Virus record (IMG/VR): IMGVR_UViG_3300031998_000055
DNA: 20,000 nucleotides
Origin: an uncultured virus (IMG/VR IMGVR_UViG_3300031998_000055)
Taxonomy: Duplodnaviria > Heunggongvirae > Uroviricota > Caudoviricetes
Reading direction: 5' to 3' (one strand)
A model generated the notes under the pieces. It worked only from the letters and a program-made list of their open reading frames with translations, had not been told where the DNA came from and searched no databases. Position 1 is the stretch's first letter. Each line of letters opens with the position of its first letter. A program made the position numbers and the translations under genes. Shown one piece after another: positions 8,004 through 16,000 of this stretch.

Positions 8004-10516
8004 AGCGCGAGAATCGGTACATCAGAGAGAAGAAACGCTTCATCTCGGAATACAAGAAAGCGGTCAACGCCGCGTCGGGATCCCAGGTGGATGCCAACGC
8101 CAACGTGACACAGAAAAACATTGCCACCCTTCAATGCGAGCTTGGCAAAAAAGACATAATCTCTCTGCGCAGGGCGATTATGCGCGATTATCTCACCCAG
8201 AAGTTCGGGAAGAAGGCCGCCCATGATTATATGGCGGACCTCAAGCACCATTCCATCTACCAGAACGACGAGACGTCGCTGTTCCCTTATTGCGCGAGCG
8301 TATCCTTGTATCCGTTCTTACTCAACGGATTGAAGGATCTGGGGGGATCGAGCGATGCCCCAAAGCACGCGAATGGATTCATCGGTGGGCTCATCAATCT
8401 GATATATCAGGTCGCGAGCCAATTCGCCGGCGCCATCGCGGTGCCCGAATTCCTGACGTATTTCGACCATTTCCTCCGCATCGACTATGGAGAGAACTAC
8501 ATCGCCCATCTGGACGAGCCGGTCGAGGTTGTCGGGAAGCGCAAATTCACGTTAAGGCATAAGATCGAGGATTGGTTCCAGCAATTGGTCTACAGCATCA
8601 ATCAGCCGGCCGGAGCAAGGAATTACCAGTCCCCGTTCACGAATATCGCGTATTTCGATAAATACTATTTCCAGAGCATCTTCAAAGACTTCGTGTTCCC
8701 CGACGGCGACGAGCCGAAATGGAAGACCACGAAGGAATTGCAGAAGATGTTCATGAAGTGGTTCAATAGGGAAAGGCTTCGCGAAGTGCTGACGTTCCCT
8801 GTTGAAACGGCGAATCTTCTCGTGAAGAATGGGAAGTATGCCGATGAGGAAACGGCCGATTTCATGGCTGAGATGTGGTCCGAAGGGCATTCGTTCTTCA
8901 TGTACCAGTCCGATTCGGTTGATGCACTGGCTTCGTGCTGTTTCAGTAAAGACCAGATGGTCCTTGCTCGCAGCATGAATCATGGAATTCCAAAAATATA
9001 TTTCGATACCTTTGAAAACATTGGCAAGACGTCTGATGGCCCCGACCGTACGAAATTCGAGGTCTTCCATAATGGATCTTGGTGCGCTGGCAAAAAAATT
9101 TCCTTGCCGAAGCGTCCGATGTTCAAAATAACGACCGCCAACAATAAAGAAATCATTGTTTCAGATAACCATCTCCATCCTACGCTCCGTGGCAATATAC
9201 CGACGAGTGAATTGACGGAAGAAGATTATCTTACGTTCAATGTCCGTCCGTTGTTGGCTGTCCCTGAACAAGATTTGCATCTAACTTACGAACAAGGATT
9301 CGCGGTTGGTGCCTTCTTGGGAGATGGGAGTTTTGGATCCCGTGTGCATTTGGCGAGCGGCGAAAAGAAAATCTATGAAATCAATTTTTCCCAAAATAAA
9401 CAGAAGTATGCGAAGTGCATAGAAATGGTTAACGAGGCGGCGCGACAGCTTAATAGCGAAAATTCTTGCCGCTTGGGCCAAATCGTTAACAATGTTTACC
9501 CTGTGAGGATCTCTTGTCCCGAGCTCGTAGAATTCATTATGAGATGGACCAATTGGGAAGAGGGAGTCAGGGCTTGCAGCAAGGAACTCAGCATGGATTG
9601 CTTGCTTCAGTCGTTGGAATTCAGGCAGGGTATTTTAGATGGCTGGTACAATACTGATGGCGGGAATAGCAACCGGTGCTATACGGCCTCGTCTAAATTG
9701 GCCTCTTGCATGGAAGCGTTAATTACGAGTTTGGGCAAAAACTCAATTGTTGATATCTCTGATCGCACTGACGAACCCGTTATTATTCGCAACGAAGAAA
9801 GCGTTCGCAATTACCCTTTGTATTGCGTAAGATGGTACGAACCCCGTACAAAACGTTCCATGGATAAGGTTTATAAAATCGTGAACAATAGCATGTACTT
9901 CCGTATCAAGAGTATTGAACCTGTTGAATACGAAGGGAATATCTATTGCTTCGAAATGGATAACGTTGATGAGCCGTATTTCACCCTTCCCAATGGGTTG
10001 ATTACCCATAATTGCCGTTTGCGCAACGAAGTCGAGGAGAACGTGTTCTCCTATACCCTCGGAGCAGGCGGAGTGGAGACCGGCTCGAAATGCGTCATCA
10101 CCATGAATCTCAACAGGATGACACAGGACTGGTACCGCAAATCGAATAGGAAGCTCTTCCGGTACAATGGCACTCTGGCGGATTACGTCAGGGAGCAGAC
10201 CGGGAGGATCCATCAATATCTCGAAGCTTGGAACGATAAGCTTTGGGACGATTACAATTCCGGCATGCTTCCGGTATACAAAGCCGGATTCATCGATTTG
10301 GATAAGCAATTCCTAACCGTTGGGGTGAATGGCTTCGCTGAAGCCGCCGAATTCTTGGCGAAGCATCCCGATCGGGAAGGAAGATACAAAGGCATTGCGG
10401 TCGATCCCAACAACGAAGGATACAAAAATTTGGCTGTTGATATTCTAGGGACTATAAAGGCTTTGAATAAGTCTCATAGGACCGAACATATTCGGTTCAA
10501 TACCGAATTCGTGCCT
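8000..10516 (+). CDS. nrdD: Anaerobic (class III) ribonucleoside-triphosphate reductase, exon 1 (contains intein)
   Basis: PYCAS, SQFAGA, QQLVYSINQP, QSPFTN, LTFPV, ASC/CRLRN, GSKCVITMNLNR, FLTVGVNG, NTEFVP; no ATP cone. The ORF-track frame runs a few codons into the intron, to 10540. Confidence 0.95.
8939..10012 (+). mobile_element. Intein with LAGLIDADG homing endonuclease (358 aa) in NrdD
   Basis: Starts CFSKDQMV, block B SDNHLHPT, LAGLIDADG motifs AVGAFLGDGS and ILDGWYNTDGG, ends YFTLPNGLITHN followed by +1 Cys. Removal restores ALASC-CRLRN. More AT-rich than the exteins. Confidence 0.95.
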
Positions 10517-11763
10517 AAACACTGTGGGCACTTAGCGTGATAATCAATAATACGCTATTGAAAATCTTCTCTGATTGACTTGGAATTCCCCATGCTGGGG
10601 AAGACAGGGCGGAAGCCTGTCGGCACCGTGAACGACTAAGTGAGAAGACCCCATTCTACGATGGGGATGCGATAGTCTGAACTCCGTTATATAAAGAAAG
10701 CGGAGAGCATATCCTAACGGATATGCCGCCAACTCATCACTCAACGAAAGAGTATAAAAAAAGGAGCTACGTACATGATTAAAAAAGTTTACAATAGTTC
10801 CGGTAAACAAATCGGAAGTATTGAAGTCTTGCCGGAAAAAATCATTGTTCTGGATTTCAAGAAAGCGGGTAATAATCTGCAAATTACGGATCCTGAAATA
10901 GTGGCTTGGGCACAAAATCCTACTAAAGATGATCATATTATCTTGAGATTGTTCGATGAATTCTTCTTGAAAATAGGGGAAATAGCTGCTCTTTGCGGTG
11001 TTTTATATCATCGAGCAAATAAATGGTGTTTGGAATTACCCTATAAAACGGGTAAGAAATCTGGAAGAAGGAATTCTTCTTATGGAATTGTTTTCTCCCC
11101 AGAGCGATGCGCCCATATCAAAAAAGGTATCAATGATCAATTTCAGCAATTAAAAGCTCAGGGCAAGAAAAAGGCTACTTATGTTAGGACGCCTGAGATA
11201 CGCAAAAAAATTTCTGATTCGGTGAAGAAAGCCCAAAGAGAAGGGCGATTGCCGAGTCCGAGGGAAGTCGGCAAAAGAGGTTGGCTTAAAGGAAGCTATG
11301 ATCATACGGATTTCAAAAGAGGAATCGCTGGATTCATATATTCCATTAAGAACAAAAAAGATGTCTTCTTCCGGAGTTTGTTCGAATTGTTCTATTTCTT
11401 GAAATTAGAGGAAGATGATAATGTAGCTTCCTATCGATATGAACCGTTTGTGATTCGTTGCGATGATGGAAGCACTTATCGTCCCGATATTCGCGTCGAT
11501 AAAGATATTATAGAGTTAAAATCCTATAATTATATTTATAAACAAGGCGGAAAAATTCAAGAAAGATTCGAATATAAGGTAGAACAGGCGAAGAAATATT
11601 GTAGCTCGAGAGGGCTGAATTATAGAGTTATCTATGATAAGGATTATGGTTTCAAGACAGATGTATATAAACATTGGTTAAGGGATCATAGAGAAGTCCT
11701 CCAAAAATTTAATATCAGGTTCTTACAACCTGAAAGAGTTGGTCTTTGAAGTAACAGATATTG
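10517..11763 (+). ncRNA. Group I self-splicing intron (1247 nt) in nrdD
   Basis: P1 GTGCCT (10511-10516)/GGGCAC (10526-10531) with U.G at the 5' splice site; P3 TCTTCTC (10565-10571)/GAGAAGA (10642-10648); P7 GACTA (10634-10638)/TAGTC (10673-10677); P8 CCCCAT/ATGGGG; terminal G at 11763. Splicing gives in-frame NTEFVP|AENLA. Confidence 0.93.
10775..11749 (+). CDS. Intron-encoded putative homing endonuclease: NUMOD3-like DNA-binding motifs plus C-terminal TnsA-N-like PD-(D/E)XK nuclease
   Basis: 324 aa, AAGGAG RBS. FSPERCAHIKK and RTPEIRKKISDSVKK are NUMOD3-like. FRSLFE...YRYEPF...YRPD...IIELKS is a PD-(D/E)XK motif. AT-rich. Confidence 0.8.
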   Translation: MIKKVYNSSGKQIGSIEVLPEKIIVLDFKKAGNNLQITDPEIVAWAQNPTKDDHIILRLFDEFFLKIGEIAALCGVLYHRANKWCLELPYKTGKKSGRRNSSYGIVFSPERCAHIKKGINDQFQQLKAQGKKKATYVRTPEIRKKISDSVKKAQREGRLPSPREVGKRGWLKGSYDHTDFKRGIAGFIYSIKNKKDVFFRSLFELFYFLKLEEDDNVASYRYEPFVIRCDDGSTYRPDIRVDKDIIELKSYNYIYKQGGKIQERFEYKVEQAKKYCSSRGLNYRVIYDKDYGFKTDVYKHWLRDHREVLQKFNIRFLQPERVGL

Positions 11764-12237
11764 GCAGAAAATTTAGCAGCGAAATTCTATAAATGGGATA
11801 AGCGTGACGGATATATGGTTCCGGAAGGGCGCAATCTATACAATTCTTATTTCTATATAGTGGAGGATCCTTCCATCGATCCCGTTAAGAAATTCTATTA
11901 TCAGGGATTCGGATTCGCCTCCGAATGCGACGGTGGAGTCGCTTTGCACAATAACCTAGATGAGCATCTATCTAAACAACAATATAGAATGTTGATGGAC
12001 GTCGCCGTCAAGGCCGGATGCAATTATTTCACCTATAACATACCGAATACCGTATGCAGGGAATGCGGGCATATATCCAAACACCGTCTCGATCATTGCG
12101 AGGCGTGTGGTTCGGAGAATGTCACGTATGCTACTCGCATCATCGGATATCTTAAGCTCATCGACCATTTCAGCGAACCCCGACAGATCGAAGCCGCAAG
12201 GCGCGCTTACGGAAGATTGGATGGGAACGATGATTAA
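11764..12237 (+). CDS. nrdD: Class III ribonucleotide reductase, exon 2
   Basis: AENLA, YNSYFY, DGGVALHNNL, Zn ribbon CRECGH...CEACGS and glycyl-radical loop YATRIIGYL. The mature spliced protein is about 638 aa. Confidence 0.95.
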   Translation, partial: AENLAAKFYKWDKRDGYMVPEGRNLYNSYFYIVEDPSIDPVKKFYYQGFGFASECDGGVALHNNLDEHLSKQQYRMLMDVAVKAGCNYFTYNIPNTVCRECGHISKHRLDHCEACGSENVTYATRIIGYLKLIDHFSEPRQIEAARRAYGRLDGNDD

Positions 12238-12703
12238 GTATTACAGCAGCAGCGTCGTCTTTCAGGAAGTCCCTGATGAGATAACGCTGGCGCTTGAGAT
12301 AACATCATGCCCCCACCGCTGCCCCGAGTGCCATTCGCCATGGCTGCGCGAGGACATCGGCGTTGAGCTGACGGCCGAGGAATGCCTGCGGCTGATCGGC
12401 GAGAACCCCGGGGTCTCATGCATATGCTTCATGGGCGGGGACGCGAACCACGAAGGTATCGCTTCCCTGGCTAGGGAGATCAAAGAGAGATCGGGGCTGA
12501 AGGTGGCGATGTACAGCGGAGACGAGAAGATGGATCCCATCCTCGCGTCCGCGCTGGATTATTATAAGATAGGGCCATACATAAAAGAGCGGGGCCCTTT
12601 GGATTCCCCTTCGACCAATCAGGTTTTCTACAAGATGGAAGGAGGGAAAGCGATCGACATAACGCATCGCTTCTTCAAAAAGAAGATCGGAGATATCCGA
12701 TGA
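12230..12703 (+). CDS. nrdG: Anaerobic RNR activating protein (radical SAM)
   Basis: VFQEVPDEITLA, CPHRCPECHS (CxxxCxxC), CFMGGD, YSG, DYYKIGPY, STNQ; overlaps the end of nrdD. Confidence 0.93.
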   Translation: MIKYYSSSVVFQEVPDEITLALEITSCPHRCPECHSPWLREDIGVELTAEECLRLIGENPGVSCICFMGGDANHEGIASLAREIKERSGLKVAMYSGDEKMDPILASALDYYKIGPYIKERGPLDSPSTNQVFYKMEGGKAIDITHRFFKKKIGDIR

Positions 12704-12705
12704 CG

Positions 12706-12727
12706 AAAAGGCCTTCGGGCCTTTTTT
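12706..12727 (+). terminator. Intrinsic terminator after nrdG
   Basis: AAAAGGCC TTCG GGCCTTTTTT: GC stem with a cUUCGg tetraloop and a U-tract. Confidence 0.85.
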
Positions 12728-12750
12728 CGATGGCAAAAGGAGGTTATCCT

Positions 12751-13068
12751 ATGGATTACCAACATGTAAGAAACATAGTCAACAAGGCGGTCGACATAAT
12801 GGACGACCGCCTTGCAAAAGACGTTACGGGAGTCAAGGACAGCATTGGATGGTGCACCCTCGATTCCCTTTCTTTCGATCAATCCCTTTGCGGAGATGAG
12901 AACGAGCATGACGAGACCATCGTCACCGTTTCTTTCCGCTGGAACGATTCCGTTGTTAAGGACCGTTCCGGCGAGATCTCTCTTTACGAAGAGGACATGA
13001 TATCCCCCTACTTCATCGCGGGCATGATGTTCGCGCATATACTGAAGGAAGAGAAGCTTTTTTCGTGA
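12751..13068 (+). CDS. Acidic hypothetical protein (105 aa)
   Basis: AAAGGAGG RBS before ATG 12751; the longer ORF-track start would run through the terminator. Confidence 0.75.
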   Translation: MDYQHVRNIVNKAVDIMDDRLAKDVTGVKDSIGWCTLDSLSFDQSLCGDENEHDETIVTVSFRWNDSVVKDRSGEISLYEEDMISPYFIAGMMFAHILKEEKLFS

Positions 13069-13078
13069 GGTGATATCC

Positions 13079-13495
13079 ATGAAATTCGAAAAACTGTTTG
13101 ATGAATATCAGCGCACGCTGGAATGGATCGAAAGAAGAAGGAAGCCGGAAACCCTTGAGTTCTACAAGGAGACGGAAGAGGCATGGAAGCATGCCAAGGA
13201 AATAGCCTTCCACATGTTCGAGAATCTGCGTCTCTGTTTCGAGACTCCGACCCTTCGCACATGCATGGACAGAAGCAGGGCGTCGGAATTCCCTCCGTAC
13301 AGGATGAAGGATTCCAAAAACGACTTCCGATGTATAGGCGTCCTCAACTACAGAGGGCGCGAGTATCCCGTGTATGACGACGACTACGGGATGTCTTGTT
13401 TTATCGTCGTTAACGACTGGCCGCTCGAAGTTGATTCATTCGGCGGAGAAACCGATTGGTATTACGAACTCGATCGGATCATCGACGAGATCTAA
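13079..13495 (+). CDS. Hypothetical protein (138 aa)
   Basis: GAGGTG RBS before ATG 13079; no motif recognised. Confidence 0.72.
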   Translation: MKFEKLFDEYQRTLEWIERRRKPETLEFYKETEEAWKHAKEIAFHMFENLRLCFETPTLRTCMDRSRASEFPPYRMKDSKNDFRCIGVLNYRGREYPVYDDDYGMSCFIVVNDWPLEVDSFGGETDWYYELDRIIDEI

Positions 13496-13555
13496 CTCGG
13501 ACGGCCGGCATAAAAAGGGGATTTCATCCGCTTACCCATAAGGAGGAACACTAAC

Positions 13556-14818
13556 ATGGCCAACACACCGATCAAGCCGGCCGTAACCCTGCAGGATTGG
13601 ACGACCGGTCAGACCAGGCTGAACTCAGCCAATCTGACGGGCGGCATCAACACCAACCTTTCGAATATAAAGACGGCCGTGGACGGGGTCATCGACTGCA
13701 TAGACGACATGCAGGAGGAGCTGGCTCCCGCCTACGACGCGACGTCCACGTACGAAGTGGGCGATCTATGCACATACCAGGGCGGGCTCTACGCCTGCTC
13801 GACCGCGATACCCGTCGCGGAAGCCTGGGATCCTTCCCATTGGACGGCCACCGTCGTTTCCGAACAGCTCGGCTCCTATGAGACCGCCACGGACCTTGAG
13901 ATCCACAGGATGTTCAGGACCGAGTACCCGATAGCCGCCACGGCCACGGCCGGAACGATAACGGGGGACTCCACGATCTGGACTGAGGAGACCGCGAGTC
14001 TCCTTCTCACTCCCGACACCGGAATGGTGCTGTCCGAGCTGGCCGTCGTCAATGCGACGAACACCTACGACAGCGCGACCGGCGACATCACGCTTTCCGC
14101 TCCTACGGGAAACGTCAGCGTCAATGCGATCTGCGCGGTGGTTCCCAAAGGCAGCATAATATCCTTCGACGCGAAAGGCGATGGCGTACAGAGGAAATTC
14201 AGGGTTCTTAAATGTGAGGGGAATATAGCGAAACTTCTTTCTCTTGATGAAACCACTAACAGCAAATTCAACGTTTCTAGCCGGACGACGGCCTTCGACA
14301 ATGGGTCTTCCTATCAGCAGTATGCGGGAGGAACCCTTGATACATATATGAACGAAACGTATTATGGGAGCCTCGATTCCAATGTTCAGGCAGCGATCAT
14401 CGCCACGGCGAGGGTCCAAAGCTGCTACGACGGAAATTCATATGAGACGAATCCCCCTTCTACCACTGCCGATTTCAATCTTCGGAATGGCAGTTATTAC
14501 AAATACTATACCAGGAAGACGCAAGTGACCGTGGGCGATAGATATTGTTTCGCCCTTGATTTTGACGACATCAAGGAGTATTTTGGTTTGCAGAAGGGAA
14601 GCATTCTTCTTCTTTCGGATTTGCTTGCCTTTTTGAGTGACGGAACTTCGTCGTCGGCGCTTTGGTATAGTTCCGCTTGTTATGGATCCCAAAGCGCTGC
14701 TTGGGTGCAGTATTCTTCTTCTTATCCTTCGCCATATAATTATTCAAATTCTTCTTATGCACGTCCGTGCTTCTCGATAGATCTGTCGCAGATCTCTTTC
14801 ACTCTGGGGGGTAATTGA
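13556..14818 (+). CDS. Putative tail fibre/adhesin with a CBM5/12-like module, an Ig-like segment and a C-terminal DUF6273/C-lectin-like domain
   Basis: APAYDATSTYEVGDLCTYQGGLY...W...HW module; T/A-rich beta segment; FRVL...AKLLS...YAGGTLDTYMNETYY...LWYSSA...AW...ARPCFSIDL C-terminus. Confidence 0.65.
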   Translation: MANTPIKPAVTLQDWTTGQTRLNSANLTGGINTNLSNIKTAVDGVIDCIDDMQEELAPAYDATSTYEVGDLCTYQGGLYACSTAIPVAEAWDPSHWTATVVSEQLGSYETATDLEIHRMFRTEYPIAATATAGTITGDSTIWTEETASLLLTPDTGMVLSELAVVNATNTYDSATGDITLSAPTGNVSVNAICAVVPKGSIISFDAKGDGVQRKFRVLKCEGNIAKLLSLDETTNSKFNVSSRTTAFDNGSSYQQYAGGTLDTYMNETYYGSLDSNVQAAIIATARVQSCYDGNSYETNPPSTTADFNLRNGSYYKYYTRKTQVTVGDRYCFALDFDDIKEYFGLQKGSILLLSDLLAFLSDGTSSSALWYSSACYGSQSAAWVQYSSSYPSPYNYSNSSYARPCFSIDLSQISFTLGGN

Positions 14819-14820
14819 TT

Positions 14821-15987
14821 ATGCCGAATGCAGATAAACTGATAACGCTTGGAAATCTTGGGGTTTTCAAGCAGGAGATTCTTGAGGAAATACCCCCCGT
14901 TGATTCTTCGTTAAGCACGACTTCCAAGAATCCCGTTCAGAATAAGGTCATAACCCCTATTCTGCGAGGAGATTTCTCCCAGATCACATCGATCAGCGGA
15001 AGTATGGCGTCGAATTTTGACAATATCTACATATATGTCCCGCATGAGGCTAATAAAGCTCCCAGACGCGGTTGGTATCAGGTCAGCGGCGCCGATTCCT
15101 ATGGTCACGGAATACTGTATGGCTATCTTTTCCTGAATTCCTTTTTGGTGGAAAACTCCTCGAACGACGGTTGGTGCACCGGGATATTCTTCTCTTCGTG
15201 GGAACTGGTCTCTACCAGTGAGATAGAACCTTTCTGCCAAAAGGCTAATTGGTCGTCCACTGCCGGTAATGCGACCATTACGATAAACAGGCGGCAGGAT
15301 GTGTTGGCGACGAAAAGGACTATATTGGCGGAAATAGCTCCTTCTTATAGCAATTCTCCGTCTTTCCCTTATCGCATAGGAGATATCGTTTATTACAATG
15401 GATCTCTTTTCGGCTGCACGAGGCTGAATCCGAGCACTCCCGGCACCTCGGGGAGCGGTTGGACGTATCTTTATAATGTCCAGGACAGTCTCCTCGACTA
15501 TTTCTCGAGGTACAACCTGGCCCCCAATTACGACACCGCCGGAACGTATTCCGTGGGCGATCTCTGCACGTACAAGCAGCGTGTCTACAGATGCATCTCC
15601 GACATATCGGTCGCCGAGAGCTGGACCGCAGCCCACTGGGAGCTCACCACGATCAGCGCCGAGCTTTCCAGGCTCGACGATTCTCCCGTCGACATCACCG
15701 ACATGGGCGGCATCGGCGGCGCGCCGCTCGACGACGGCATCTTCGATGCCGCGATCGCTGCGGACCGCCTGATGCTCACCGACAGCGGCGTCACGCTGCA
15801 TTACCAGCTGCAGACCCATTCCGAGGATGCGGGCACGCAGTCCGAGGGCGCCGTCTTCAAGACGTCGCTGCTCGACATTCAGAACAACACGGTCACCGAC
15901 CAGTTCCTGGTCCTGACCAACATCGCGGGGACGAGGTCCGTCGAGGTCAAGACGCCCGTGGCCGCCGCGATAAACACGGCATACTGA
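14821..15987 (+). CDS. Putative minor virion/tail protein with two CBM5/12-like modules
   Basis: KLITLGNLGVFKQ N-terminus; VDSSLSTTSKNPVQNKVIT motif; IAPSYS...YRIGDIVYYNGSLFGC and LAPNYDTAGTYSVGDLCTYKQRVYRC...HW. Confidence 0.65.
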   Translation: MPNADKLITLGNLGVFKQEILEEIPPVDSSLSTTSKNPVQNKVITPILRGDFSQITSISGSMASNFDNIYIYVPHEANKAPRRGWYQVSGADSYGHGILYGYLFLNSFLVENSSNDGWCTGIFFSSWELVSTSEIEPFCQKANWSSTAGNATITINRRQDVLATKRTILAEIAPSYSNSPSFPYRIGDIVYYNGSLFGCTRLNPSTPGTSGSGWTYLYNVQDSLLDYFSRYNLAPNYDTAGTYSVGDLCTYKQRVYRCISDISVAESWTAAHWELTTISAELSRLDDSPVDITDMGGIGGAPLDDGIFDAAIAADRLMLTDSGVTLHYQLQTHSEDAGTQSEGAVFKTSLLDIQNNTVTDQFLVLTNIAGTRSVEVKTPVAAAINTAY

Positions 15988-16000
15988 GGAGGATGCGTTC

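Noticed and set aside
10517..11763. nrdD as a pseudogene or as two separate genes (7979-10540 and 11761-12237)
   Set aside because: The break is fully explained by a group I intron. The TTG 'start' at 11761 is the intron's last three bases.
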